The position numbers and the translations under genes are program-made. From Diplonema japonicum (lineage: Eukaryota; Protista; Euglenozoa: Diplonemea), in NCBI GenBank assembly GCA_964019335.1, contig OZ025683.1, positions 186,001 through 250,000 of the forward strand: a DNA stretch of 64,000 bases. The letters run 5' to 3'. The notes under the pieces were generated by a model. It saw nothing but the letters and a program-made list of their open reading frames with translations, was not told where the DNA came from and did not search any database. Below are positions 44,700 to 55,520 of the stretch, one piece after another. Within the stretch, counting starts at the first letter, position 1. Every line of letters starts with the position of its first letter.

Positions 44700-47600
44700 A
44701 TGGACGTCCACTTACACAGTTTATATCTATCCGGGTTTAAAAGTGTTTCAACACAAACACCATTGTATTTGGAATTATGCAAAGGTGTGAATGTTGTAAG
44801 CGGTGCGAATGGAGCAGGGAAGAGTAATGTGGTGGATGCGATTTTGTTTGGTTTAACCGCGCCTGAAAAGGACTTGAGGGTGAGCAAGATGCGTAGCTTG
44901 ATACACTGCAAGGGCGCCGTCGTTGACAAATGCGCGACAGTGGAGTTGGGTTTCAGCGTGAAGGGTGAAAAAACCATGCTGACAGCCAAAGTCTTCAACG
45001 ATTCAGATGAAAGAAGATTCAAGATACAAGGCCGAACACAAACAATCACGGAAGTCCGACACTGGGCAGGCACCACCCTCGGTATAAACATCTTATCCCC
45101 ATCGTTCGCCGTATTGCAAAACTCTGTTGTTTCATTTCTATTGAAATCTCCCAAGGAACTCGCATCGATTTTAACAACGGCAACAGGGACGTCTTTCCTC
45201 CGGACTGAACTGGCAAGCTTCAAAAGTTTTTATTCGAATGTTTGGCAATCTACACGTTCATCCTTCACTGCAGAGTTGTCTCTTTTAGAATCGAAGCGGA
45301 ACACAGTATCGGAAAGGGTGGGAAACCTGCGAAGAACCATGGAGGTCGCCAAGACACTCCACCAGATAGAACACGTTATCGCGAAACAAACAACAGCTAA
45401 GCTGTACCAGTCAGTTCAACGCGCAGAAACAAACATAATATCTGCCCGTAAAAATTTAGTAACAGCTACGGAAAACCACATCAGAATACAAGCGATTCTA
45501 GCAGACGGGAATGCACTTTACAAGAAGACCAACCAGAACTACAAGCAGCATACCAACACTGTCATGGCACCCATCATCGCGGCCATCACGCAGCTCAAGG
45601 AACAACTCGCCGATATCTCCGACAACGTTGAGTTCACAGAGGCAACGTTGCACCGGGTTGAAAACCTCAGCAAGGCGACAAAAACCACGCTTGGAGAGAA
45701 GGCGGCGCTCCTTGACGTGGAGCAGTCCAAGCTGCGCACCCTCCAAGACAAGGTGGGCATCCTGACCGCCAAAGGGACACCGCCCCTCCACGAGATACAA
45801 GCAAACCTCGACTCAGCCACAGCATTGTTCGACAAGTCACGCGGGGCAACAGCCGTTATCAAGGATAACGTTGTCAAACGCCAGAAGACCCTTCTTCAAA
45901 AGGAAGGAAAAACAGCCGTGCTTCGAACGGTCCCCAACCTTGAGAAGGAGCTTCAAAAGGTAACTGAGCAGAAAACGTCTCTAAGCAACGTATTGTACAC
46001 AGTACAAGGTCAGGCGGCTAAGGTCGCAGCGCAACTTGCGGCGTACCAACGGACCCACCCAAGGGTCGGGTTGGGCATCCTCCTCGATCATGTGAAGTTG
46101 AAGCAGACGTCCGCCGAATGGCTGCACGCGTTGAATACCTGCGGTGGGAAGTGGGGTGTTGAGGTCTGCAGTGATGTAGCCCAGGTCAGCACGCTGCTGG
46201 ACGTTGCTAAGCAGAAGCGCAAGCATGTCCGCGTCTGGTGTCTATCACAGCTGCCTGATGGATCCATATCGTTGGATAGGCTTGCCAAAGCACGCAGCTT
46301 GGGTGCTGTCCTTCCTTCCTCGCTCCTGGACTATCCACCACCCTTCCACAGAGCAGTTGAGAAGTTGTTTCCAAACACAGTCTTTTGCAAAACAACGGCA
46401 CAGGTGAAACCCATCCTCTCCCTGGGGCTCAGCGCCGTGACGCAAGACGGGACGGTGCACCACGCGGGGGGCACCAAGGTGACCGGTGGGTACATCGACA
46501 CCAGCACAAACCCCTTGACACTAGCAGAGTCACGCGAGAGGATAGCCGCACAAGAAGCAGATACCGCAAGAGATCTCAAAAATGTCCAAAAATTGTTCGA
46601 AGAAGCAAAGAACGACCTTTTCATGAGGAAGACAGCAGATGTAGAAGAAGCCCGTGCAAAGGCGGCACTGGAGGACGAGGAAGAGAACCTGCGTGAGGCG
46701 AAACAGCGAGAGGCAGAGAACCTCCGTACCGTGAAGTACTTGGAAATGCAGCAGCAGACCGCAAAAGGCGCAGGGTGCGAGGAAGACCTTGACGAGGTCC
46801 GGGCTAGGATCGCACAACACGAGCAAAATCTCATAGAGCTGAGAGCAGTGGCGTCGGTGTTGAGAAACAACAGCGAAGCTGACGAAGCGAACGTGCAGAA
46901 GGCGAAGGAGGAAGTTCTCAATCTCTCCGAGCAGAAGCACACACTGGACGAACAGCTTCGTTCAGAGGAAGAAAGATTCCGGTCTGCAGACGCAGCCGGC
47001 AAATTACTCCAAGAACAGCTCACACAGCTCAAGAAAGACCTCGAGACGTCCCACAAGGACCTGGACACTGCCACAGCGACCAAGAACGACCTTCAAAGCA
47101 CCGAAGCAACCCTGTGCGAGGAGATGGCTGCGGATGAAAAGGAGCTACACAACATAACGGACACAGCACTGAAGGCAGAAGCCATCGCCGAGTACGGAGA
47201 CATGGAACCATCTGTCTTGAACGACATGTTGATGGAGTCGAAAAAGCAGCGGACGCAGCTGATGGGTGAGAGAGAGGCTTTGATGACATGCAGTTCGGTA
47301 GACGACGTTGACACAGAAGGGTTGATCCAAACCTTGGAGGAGCTCGGAACAGTGGTAACGAAGAAAAGACATGAGATCACCCAAGCCACGAGATGGGTGG
47401 AGAGTCTGTGGCAGGCCGCCAACGACGCCACATTAGAAGCGAAGAATGCATCTGAAGATGAAAAAGCTTTGCAAAGCTGCAACAACGCCTTCAAACAGAA
47501 TCTTGAAAGAACATTGGGCTTCAAAGATGTCGAGCTACGCGTAGCACAGCCAGGTGCGCCCGTAGATGCTGGGCTGGAAGTATGGGTCGGAGGTGCACAG

Positions 47601-47924
47601 CTGTCTCTCTTCAGTGGAGGGCAGAAGACCATTATTGCCCTTTCCTTCCTCCTCGCGGTGTCGGCGTATCATGCTGCGCCCTTCTACCTTCTGGATGAAG
47701 TGGACGCTGCGCTTGACGAATCCAACCAAACGATGATTGCCTCGCTCGTGACCTCGGCCCTGTCCGACCGTCAGGTTGTTTGCATCACGCACCACCCTGC
47801 GTTCCGGAGAAAGGCTCAAAAGATCCTCCACCTCCAAAACAGAGGCGAGGGCACGGTGCTCATCAGAACGTCAATCGTTCCTCAGGGAGGGGCATCCGAT
47901 GCGAAAAAACCCAGGGCGGGCTGA
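44700..47924 (+). CDS. Divergent SMC-family ATPase (SMC2-like)
   Basis: GFKS, Walker A GANGAGKS, Q-loop VLQN, coiled coils with a central hinge-like region, signature FSGGQ, Walker B/D-loop LLDEVDAALD and ITH. Confidence 0.9.
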   Translation: MDVHLHSLYLSGFKSVSTQTPLYLELCKGVNVVSGANGAGKSNVVDAILFGLTAPEKDLRVSKMRSLIHCKGAVVDKCATVELGFSVKGEKTMLTAKVFNDSDERRFKIQGRTQTITEVRHWAGTTLGINILSPSFAVLQNSVVSFLLKSPKELASILTTATGTSFLRTELASFKSFYSNVWQSTRSSFTAELSLLESKRNTVSERVGNLRRTMEVAKTLHQIEHVIAKQTTAKLYQSVQRAETNIISARKNLVTATENHIRIQAILADGNALYKKTNQNYKQHTNTVMAPIIAAITQLKEQLADISDNVEFTEATLHRVENLSKATKTTLGEKAALLDVEQSKLRTLQDKVGILTAKGTPPLHEIQANLDSATALFDKSRGATAVIKDNVVKRQKTLLQKEGKTAVLRTVPNLEKELQKVTEQKTSLSNVLYTVQGQAAKVAAQLAAYQRTHPRVGLGILLDHVKLKQTSAEWLHALNTCGGKWGVEVCSDVAQVSTLLDVAKQKRKHVRVWCLSQLPDGSISLDRLAKARSLGAVLPSSLLDYPPPFHRAVEKLFPNTVFCKTTAQVKPILSLGLSAVTQDGTVHHAGGTKVTGGYIDTSTNPLTLAESRERIAAQEADTARDLKNVQKLFEEAKNDLFMRKTADVEEARAKAALEDEEENLREAKQREAENLRTVKYLEMQQQTAKGAGCEEDLDEVRARIAQHEQNLIELRAVASVLRNNSEADEANVQKAKEEVLNLSEQKHTLDEQLRSEEERFRSADAAGKLLQEQLTQLKKDLETSHKDLDTATATKNDLQSTEATLCEEMAADEKELHNITDTALKAEAIAEYGDMEPSVLNDMLMESKKQRTQLMGEREALMTCSSVDDVDTEGLIQTLEELGTVVTKKRHEITQATRWVESLWQAANDATLEAKNASEDEKALQSCNNAFKQNLERTLGFKDVELRVAQPGAPVDAGLEVWVGGAQLSLFSGGQKTIIALSFLLAVSAYHAAPFYLLDEVDAALDESNQTMIASLVTSALSDRQVVCITHHPAFRRKAQKILHLQNRGEGTVLIRTSIVPQGGASDAKKPRAG

Positions 47925-48087
47925 GGGTCAGGGCTTTCGCCCCGCCTGCTTACACCAATCTCTCATTTTATTTGGAAACAAAAAAAAAAAAAAAAAAAAA
48001 GATCTACTGCTGTTGTAAAATCTTTAAAAGGACACATTCACAAAAAAAAAATATGAAATTCGGCTAAGAAAGAAAAAAAAATAAAAG

Positions 48088-51000
48088 ATGGTTCTGACTC
48101 ATTTACATGCGATCGACACGGACATGGAGCTGCAGCAGCTCCACAAGGGAATATTGGACAAAGTGGAGGGGGAGTTTTGCAAAAAAGTCGGCGGGGTGGT
48201 AGAGGGTGTGGACGAAGGCGTCGAAATGGACGGATGCAGACCCGTTGAGGTGAAGGGCATCATCGTGGGCATCGACGAGTACGAGTGGGGTTACACACCT
48301 CTATCAGGGTGCGTGAGGGACGGGAAGCTGTTCAGAGAAAGCCTAGAACTGTACGTAAACAAGCAAAAATGCATGATGAGACTCGGAGACTGCGTGGAAC
48401 TGTACAACCACGAAGCGACCTTCGAGAACATCGAAAAAACACTCGTAAGGCTTGATTCAGAATCGAAAAAGGACACCGCCACCGTCCTGTTCTGGGCAGG
48501 ACGAGGACGCACCCTTCGCACGCTTAATACAGGATTTGAAGAAGACTCACTGATACCCTTTAACTCAGGTGTTGATTTCGCCACAAAGGACATCACGCTG
48601 ACCGATCTAACAGCATGGGGGGATCGAAACCAAGGGACAGTATACTTCGTAATCGACAGTGGGTTTGGGTTTAAAAACACGGAGCGAGGCGAAGCATGTG
48701 GCGTGGCATTGAGATACCCCATCCTGTCTCACCGAATCACAGGGCTTGCCTCACATACTGCAAAACCATTGAACCACAAACCAAACCAACATTGGTTCGT
48801 CAGCAACGATGGTGTCGATGGGCTCACGACACCGTTATTCTGCGCGTTGTTGCAGGCTTTGAAGCTAGCACCTTCAACATCGGCGTTTTTGGCAGCGTTG
48901 CAAGGAAGGCTTACACCGCAACCAACATGCTGCGGGTTTCTTTCGCAGACTTACCTGTTCTCATCGAAATGTATATGTACATCGGAGTCGAAGAAATGGC
49001 AGGTTCCGTTTTGCGATGCTGTGGCGAACTTGGAATCTACGTATAAGGCGCTGTTGAAGGCGCACCCGAACACGTCAAAGTTGAAGTGTTATGCGAGCGT
49101 TGTTGTGATGAAAAATTGGTGCGTGTCGTCCGTGCACAGCTTCTCGCTTAGAAGCGTGTTCCCATCCGCGGAATTCGTTTTAAAACCCGGTTCCAACATG
49201 CGGTTGCTGGACCCGGCAACAGGGATGTTCACAACGAACGCGATACATACCTCGTTCGACAGTCAGGTTTGGATAGGGTGTATTGTCGACTCACCGGGTC
49301 AAACGAGTTTTGAGATGCAAGCTGAATGTTGCAACATTACGATATCAGTGAGCGCGCATTCGAAAGAGGACTTCATGGCGTTGCCCGAAGCGGTGCGCAA
49401 CCTTCCCGGGTCTGTTCAGTTCGCAGAGGTTGAGCATTGTAAGGAAATTCAAACGTTATCAAAACCGCAGACGCCGTGCGGAACGGAGTTTATAACCGTT
49501 CACGGGACAGACCGTTCTGTGAACCTCCCTGTCAACAGGTCTGGCGGGTGCAACCTTTCAGACATCAAAAAAATTCTGGGTGTTGATGAATGCGAATTTC
49601 AAGATCAAAACGGTCGTGTTGTTACTAATTTCGTGAAGGGGAGGACATATTGCGTCGCAGGGCAAGAGTTGTACAAGGAAGCGTCAGATCGCATTCCGGA
49701 AATGCTTCAAAAGGGTATTTCGTACCAACGAAAACTCTGGGCGAAGCATTTCAGCAGCTTGCTGGACCCTCTCGCAACGGAGATCCCGAACTCGTGGTCC
49801 ATCGGAGGGAACGAGAGGAGGGAACAACAAGCAAACGATATCTGTATTGTAATGGCCCCATGCGCGTGCAGCGCACATGAAGATGTGTTGAAATGCTCAG
49901 CGGCGTTTAAAAACGTGGTAGTTCTAAACGAAACAGAATGCGTCGAAGCTTGCGTCCACCTGGTCCTCGGTGTTCTGCACTCTGCCTTTCGAAACTCAAG
50001 GAAGGATTTTACAATATGGTTCCACTTCTCCGGGCATTCCGCGTTAATTAACAACACAACGCATATATTGTACCTCTACGACACTCTGTACGGGAAGCGG
50101 TCTGAGGCGGTCGACGTGGCCATCTTCCACCAGCTTGCACAGTCGCTTCCGAAAAATATTAGAGTCGTCTTAGTTCTCGATACCTCTCGAAGTGAGGCCA
50201 AATCGAAAAAAATCGTCCCGAAAACGTTCGAGCTTCCTGTCAAGAATGGTCATGGCGAGCTGCAGACAATCTTCGCTTGCAGAAAAGGACAGCACGCGTG
50301 GACAAAAGGTCCGTGCGGAGCGATGTCGCATATTTTATATGATTCGAGGTTTTGGAAGAATTCCTGGCGGCTTTCAATGGTTGAGAACCGGCTTTCACTT
50401 TCGCAGATTTTCAGTTCTTGCAGTGTGCTTGTTAGCAATTCAATGTGGGGGAAAGAGTCGCGAAGACAGTTTCCCGAACCAAAAGGACGTGGCATCGGCG
50501 AGGCCCTCCTTGGTACCCCATGCGCGGGGAGTGAAACCCACATTTTGAAATCCCGTAAAAATTTCGTGCCGTACTATGATTCCGGGCATTTTTACATACC
50601 AGGAGGGCTGCTTCACGGGGTAAGAGCGTTTGAGATATTCGACATTAGCCTGCCGTCCGGTCGAACCGGCGACGACGTACCCTACGAAATCGTCGTTTTC
50701 GAACCGAAGCCAGCGATGTCAGTCGCAAAGCTGCGGATTAAAAAGGACAGTCTTCACGAATTGAAGACACCGCTGAAAACATCGGAGCTTTTAGGGGTGT
50801 ACGCCATGGGGAGGGACACCACGGTATCCCTCGCAGGAAACCCGACAAATAACCGAACACATTTCTTCGGAACGAAGAATGTAGTTCACACAAAAGCGTG
50901 GGACCGCGTTCCCAAAATGTTGAAACAAGAAGTGTACTTTGGTTCGAAGAACATTGAAGCGTTGAAAGAAACTGCTGAAAGGTACGTCAAATACACAGAC

Positions 51001-51570
51001 ATGATTGGGCTGGATCAAGGTTTTGAAATCGAAGAGTATTGCGAGGTCGTTCTGGAACTCCAAGGCAGCGGTATCTACGGTTCGCACCAAAGAAACCTCA
51101 TCGCGCAGCACCCAAAGACACCCGAACTCGACATCAGGCTATACATTACAACTCCATCACTGCAGCTTTGTTTTGAAACAGACTCCTGGTTTATGTCAAT
51201 TATAGCATACCATCGAGATGGGTCTATCTGTTTAGTTGCTTCATCACCCTGCACCGAACCCACTATTTCCACGACTCTCTCGTTGCCGTTAAAGGGACGC
51301 TTTGCGATTTTTACGTTGCTGCGGGTAGTGATCTCTAATCAACCTTTGTATTACATTGATCATCCTCCTGTGGTGGTGCCTGAGGTGGCAGAGGACAGCG
51401 GACTTTCGTTCACAGGCCGTGCGTCGATCGTCAACTCGAGGGGAAATATCGAGACGCACCATACGAAACACAGGGAGAAGGAACCGATCAAACTTTCTCC
51501 CTTGGCACCTTGGGCCTTTTGGGATATTTTTCTGACCGACGATGACATCCCAGTTTGCTGTTGCAGATGA
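48088..51570 (+). CDS. Large protein with two degenerate caspase/metacaspase (peptidase C14)-like domains
   Basis: Domain 1: IIVGIDEY..LSGCVRDG, ATFENI, FWAGRG, VIDSG. Domain 2: FHFSGHS, VLDTSRS, IFAC, GAMS. Ends CCCR*. Confidence 0.7.
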   Translation: MVLTHLHAIDTDMELQQLHKGILDKVEGEFCKKVGGVVEGVDEGVEMDGCRPVEVKGIIVGIDEYEWGYTPLSGCVRDGKLFRESLELYVNKQKCMMRLGDCVELYNHEATFENIEKTLVRLDSESKKDTATVLFWAGRGRTLRTLNTGFEEDSLIPFNSGVDFATKDITLTDLTAWGDRNQGTVYFVIDSGFGFKNTERGEACGVALRYPILSHRITGLASHTAKPLNHKPNQHWFVSNDGVDGLTTPLFCALLQALKLAPSTSAFLAALQGRLTPQPTCCGFLSQTYLFSSKCICTSESKKWQVPFCDAVANLESTYKALLKAHPNTSKLKCYASVVVMKNWCVSSVHSFSLRSVFPSAEFVLKPGSNMRLLDPATGMFTTNAIHTSFDSQVWIGCIVDSPGQTSFEMQAECCNITISVSAHSKEDFMALPEAVRNLPGSVQFAEVEHCKEIQTLSKPQTPCGTEFITVHGTDRSVNLPVNRSGGCNLSDIKKILGVDECEFQDQNGRVVTNFVKGRTYCVAGQELYKEASDRIPEMLQKGISYQRKLWAKHFSSLLDPLATEIPNSWSIGGNERREQQANDICIVMAPCACSAHEDVLKCSAAFKNVVVLNETECVEACVHLVLGVLHSAFRNSRKDFTIWFHFSGHSALINNTTHILYLYDTLYGKRSEAVDVAIFHQLAQSLPKNIRVVLVLDTSRSEAKSKKIVPKTFELPVKNGHGELQTIFACRKGQHAWTKGPCGAMSHILYDSRFWKNSWRLSMVENRLSLSQIFSSCSVLVSNSMWGKESRRQFPEPKGRGIGEALLGTPCAGSETHILKSRKNFVPYYDSGHFYIPGGLLHGVRAFEIFDISLPSGRTGDDVPYEIVVFEPKPAMSVAKLRIKKDSLHELKTPLKTSELLGVYAMGRDTTVSLAGNPTNNRTHFFGTKNVVHTKAWDRVPKMLKQEVYFGSKNIEALKETAERYVKYTDMIGLDQGFEIEEYCEVVLELQGSGIYGSHQRNLIAQHPKTPELDIRLYITTPSLQLCFETDSWFMSIIAYHRDGSICLVASSPCTEPTISTTLSLPLKGRFAIFTLLRVVISNQPLYYIDHPPVVVPEVAEDSGLSFTGRASIVNSRGNIETHHTKHREKEPIKLSPLAPWAFWDIFLTDDDIPVCCCR

Positions 51571-51851
51571 AGAATAAAGGGGGGAGAAAAAAAGAGGAGG
51601 AAAAAAAAAAAAAAAAAAGAGATTTTTTAATCGATTTCTTTCCCCAGTTTTTTTGTTTTTTTTTTTTTTTTTTTCCCGGAGGAGTCGTTGAAGACTTCTG
51701 GGGGGAAAAAAAATGACAAAGAAATAATTTTTTTTTTGCCCTCCCCTTCCCTTCTCTCTTTTTTTTTTTTTTTTTTTTTTTGAACTGTTCCTCTTTCGCA
51801 AGAAAATAGAAAATAGGAGAGTGGGGGAGGAACTGGGGGGGGAGAAAAAAA

Positions 51852-52265
51852 ATGTCGTTGGTCAAAGCAACCGTGCTGCTGGCAGTGTTTATGTTGCAGC
51901 AGGCGGAGGGGATATTTTGCCCTTGGGTGCTTGGGTCGGACCTGTGCGGTGGGCCTGAATGCGACAAAAAAGAAGTGCTTGCTGAGATTGTTAGATACAC
52001 TACAGCAGACTGTGCTGAAGCTTGTATTGCTGCAGCAGGTTGCGAAGCTGCAATATGGTTTTCTTCGAACAAATGTGTTCTGAAAACAAGCGAGGCAACC
52101 GAGGCAGTGCAACACCAATTCCACAATTTCAAGTCGGCGGGGAGCGCCGTGGGACGGGGCGGAGAATACACAAAACTGCTTCAAAGATGCGGAGAAGAAG
52201 GGACACAGGAGGAGTGCAGGGTGGTGGCTTCCGTGAAAGTGAAGGAATGCATCACCTCCCTCTAA
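51852..52265 (+). CDS. Small secreted PAN/apple-like Cys-rich protein
   Basis: Signal peptide; CAEACIAAAGCEAAIWFSSNKCVLK fits the PAN pattern C-x3-C-x5-C-x9-C-x-LK. Confidence 0.7.
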   Translation: MSLVKATVLLAVFMLQQAEGIFCPWVLGSDLCGGPECDKKEVLAEIVRYTTADCAEACIAAAGCEAAIWFSSNKCVLKTSEATEAVQHQFHNFKSAGSAVGRGGEYTKLLQRCGEEGTQEECRVVASVKVKECITSL

Positions 52266-52347
52266 TTTTTTTTTTTTTTTTTTTTTTGAGCTATAAAATA
52301 CAACCACCTACCTATCGCCAAGGAACTTCAAAAAAAAAAAAAAAAAA

Positions 52348-52890
52348 ATGGACAATCGAAACGTTCGGATTACATCAGAAGGCCTGACCCTTGTGCCGTA
52401 CACGAAGGACTATGTTGAGACATACCACAAATGGATGACACGCCCTGATCTGTTAGAGCTTACTTGCTCAGAGCCTTTGACACTAGAGGAGGAGGAACGC
52501 AACCAAAAGGAATGGTTGGAAAGCGGGGACAAAATGACATTTATAATCATCGCCAACGGAACACCTGTGGGTGACTGCAACGTGTTCCTCCATGATGAAG
52601 GCACCTCTGCTGAGGTGGAAATCATGATCGCGGAACTGTCTGCAAGACGGCATGGCCATGCCCAGCGTGTTGTTATTTACCTCATGAAGTACGTCTTGGA
52701 AACGCTTCCTGGAGTAGAGACCTTCCGGGCGAAAATTCTGTGCCGCAACGATGCCTCGCTGCGGCTCTTCAAAAAGCTCGGTTTTGTGTTGGAAAGAAAG
52801 GTCGAGGTGTTCGAAGAGGAACACTACAAGATGGAGAGATCAGACGCGATGAGGATGTGCAGAGAGGCGCCGTGCTGTATCGATTTATAG
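52348..52890 (+). CDS. NAT9: N-acetyltransferase 9-like GNAT
   Basis: LVPY...V..YHKWM, LT.SEPLTLEEE, DKMTFII, GDCNVF, EVEIMIAE and LFKKLGF. Confidence 0.92.
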   Translation: MDNRNVRITSEGLTLVPYTKDYVETYHKWMTRPDLLELTCSEPLTLEEEERNQKEWLESGDKMTFIIIANGTPVGDCNVFLHDEGTSAEVEIMIAELSARRHGHAQRVVIYLMKYVLETLPGVETFRAKILCRNDASLRLFKKLGFVLERKVEVFEEEHYKMERSDAMRMCREAPCCIDL

Positions 52891-52962
52891 TAATTATGGC
52901 TATTTAAGTGCCGTCTCGCGAGCTTGTTAGCTTTTTTTTTCTTTTTTTTTCTTCTCTTTTTT

Positions 52963-53727
52963 ATATAACTCCAGTCAGATTTTCAACGGTGGGAGTGAAT
53001 ATAATATTTCACATTATTTCACGCTTCACTTTATTTTCATTGCAGATTTCAGGCTTGTTTTAGGAAGAAAACAGGGGCAGAAATGAAAATTACTTTATGA
53101 GTGAATATAAAGTATTCACGCTTGCCCTATTTTCACTGCACAGCAAGGGTTGGGGGCGCAAACACGGAAAAGGAATCACCTAAGTGGTTACCACAGGCCC
53201 CTTGTTTTGGAAACCCCGGTTCGAATCTGGGAATCTCACTTTTTACATTACTCAAGGATCTGGTCGCCTCTCTCAACAGAAGGGGAGAGAGGTGGGCTTG
53301 GCAAGCCAGCAGCGGTGACAGCTGCTAGTGGGGCAACCTCAGCAACCCAGGCAGCAGCCCCACAGGTCCAGACCGAGGTCCTGTCAGCACCCATGGACGC
53401 ACAGCCCGCACCACACAGGATATGCCTTGACAAACAATATCAATCACAAGCACCCCCAGTGAAATTTGTAACTTGTAACTTGTAACCTGTAATGCCCCAC
53501 CCTTTCAAATCTGACGGACGTTAAATAAAACAACGGATTTAGTGAAAATAGATCCGATTTTCACTTGTGGTGGCTTTAACTCGTTGATGTTACTTCACTC
53601 GCTTCGCTCGTGAAGTAGACATTCATGACTGCACTCGCTTCGCTCGTGAAGTCATATACCCACTCGTTAAACTACTGCCACCACGCGTGAAAATCATACG
53701 ATCTTATTTTCACTAAATAAATAGTTA
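52963..53727 (+). mobile_element. Non-autonomous Crypton-like element, same family as 7364..7971, opposite orientation
   Basis: Left end ATATAACTCCAGTCAGATTTTCAACGGTGGGAGTGAA matches the reverse complement of 7935..7971; the right-end hairpin with CACTCGCTTCGCTCGTGAAGT (twice) matches the reverse complement of 7364..7535; the interior differs. Confidence 0.7.
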
Positions 53728-53935
53728 TTTTTCTTCTTTCGCAGCTTTTTTTTTTAAAAAAAACCCCCCCGAATACTCTCAAAGCGGGTGGGGAGAGGAG
53801 GTGAATCACCTACCCAGGGTGGACCGACTTGTCAAGCAGGCCCTAGAAGGTAGGTGGAGATAAGGCACCTTGAGACAGGACATCGGCTAGAACTCACTCA
53901 ACTAGCTAATTTATTTTGGCAGCCCCGCATTATTG

Positions 53936-53982
<47 letters not shown>

Positions 53983-54003
53983 ACCACTTTCCCCAGATGC
54001 GAG

Positions 54004-54432
54004 ATGGGTCCTCAGAAATCTTTGCCGTACATATACGGCCGTCCTGCTACGCTGCCTTCCAATAAGAACCGGCTGCGCCGCCGGCACTGCCCGTGGGACG
54101 ACAGTTTGGTTAAACGGGATGCACGGGATGGCGAATCTTTTGTGCCGCACTCAAAGGGGAGCGACGTATACGTCAGGTGCCGTCCCGTAGTGTCTGCAAC
54201 CGTGATTAGTGAAAAGATGAAGAGGAGCAGGGACCGCAGGGCGTGCGCGGAGGCAGAGTACCTCAGCAGGAAAAAAGTGGAGAATGAAACTAAAAGCATC
54301 GCGCATTTGAAACACCAAACCGAGTTCAGCAACATCAGCAAGATCCACGAGGACAACCTCTGCATTGTGTCGTGCGCCTTGCTGAGGGAGTGGCGGTCGC
54401 AGATCCCCATGATCACCGTGGAGAACGGGCTT

Positions 54433-54435
<3 letters not shown>
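54004..54435 (+). CDS. Hypothetical basic protein
   Basis: 143-codon ORF with coding-like composition between homopolymer spacers. Confidence 0.55.
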
Positions 54436-54463
<28 letters not shown>

Positions 54464-54599
54464 CGATTCTTTCGCTTTACAGTGATGATTTTTTTTCGTC
54501 TTTTCTTCTTTCTTCATGTTTCTTTTTTTCATTCCCAAAACACACACATACACACACACCCAGTATTTTTGTATTAAAAGAGGAAAAAAAAAAAAAAAA

Positions 54600-54791
54600 A
54601 TGTCGGTGCAAAAGATGCTCCTTGTGTCCCTCGTGGTGGGTGTTGCCTTCACTGTGGTGAGGGCCGATGATGATATGGATGAAGATGAAGACGAGAAGAG
54701 GAACACCCAGGTCACGATCAAGACCATCTTCCCGGAGCTCGACAGCCACAACGTGCAGCTGGTCGCGGGTAAAGAAACGCAGGTAACCTCC

Positions 54792-54835
<44 letters not shown>

Positions 54836-55466
54836 AAAAAATAAAACAAAAATAAAACAAGGCTCTTGTCAACTTCGAGAATGCCGCAGAGTCCACATAC
54901 CAGGTGGAGTTCATCACCGCTCACCTTGCCTCCACCGCACAGGTATCTTATCTTTTTTTTTTTTTTTTTTTTTTTTATCATCATCCTTCCAGGCCGACCA
55001 TGTTATGCAGAACCTTACTGGTGCGCTTGTTAACAGGACTGTGAACCAGGGTGAGTCCATCTCCATGACCTACAAGTTCACACCTTTCAAGGACATTGAC
55101 CCCAGGGAGTACGGGCTCGTTCTTCAGGTCTACTTCATGACCGAGGACGACGAGAGGGCACACGAGACCGCCTACAACGCGACCGTCATGGTCAACGATG
55201 GGTCCTCTGCCTTCGACGCCCAGTCTGTGTTCTTGACCATTATCGTTCTTGGTGTTTCTGTTTTCGCATACACCACCTTCAAGGGTGACAAGAAGCCTGC
55301 CTCCTCTGTGACCGCCCGCCGCCAGGTGTCTGCCTCCCCTGCCCCTGAGCTCGGGACCACTACCGCCACCTCCAACGAGGCTGCCTACATCAGCAACGAC
55401 CACATCAAGGCTACCCGCAACAGGTCCACCGAGGGCAGGTCCAAGTCCCCCAAGTCGAAGAAATAG
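54600..55466 (+). CDS. SSR1: Translocon-associated protein alpha (TRAP-alpha); introns 54783..54861, 54943..54992
   Basis: Signal peptide and acidic stretch; spliced LVAGKETQ/ALVNFEN, QNLTG, YKFTP, AYNATV and FDAQSVFL plus TM helix and basic tail. Confidence 0.85.
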
Positions 55467-55480
55467 GTAGGGTGAGGGGT

Positions 55481-55520
<40 letters not shown>

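Noticed and set aside
53806-53862. Single-hairpin AGA-box (H/ACA-like) snoRNA
   Set aside because: The CACCTACC/GGTAGGTG stem followed by AGA is present, but there is no convincing pseudouridylation pocket or target, and it is single-copy.
54516-55466. Poly-Asn/poly-Phe insert in TRAP-alpha as a real protein feature
   Set aside because: Artefact of reading through two introns (79 + 50 nt) whose lengths sum to a multiple of 3; the (AAC)n microsatellite is intronic.
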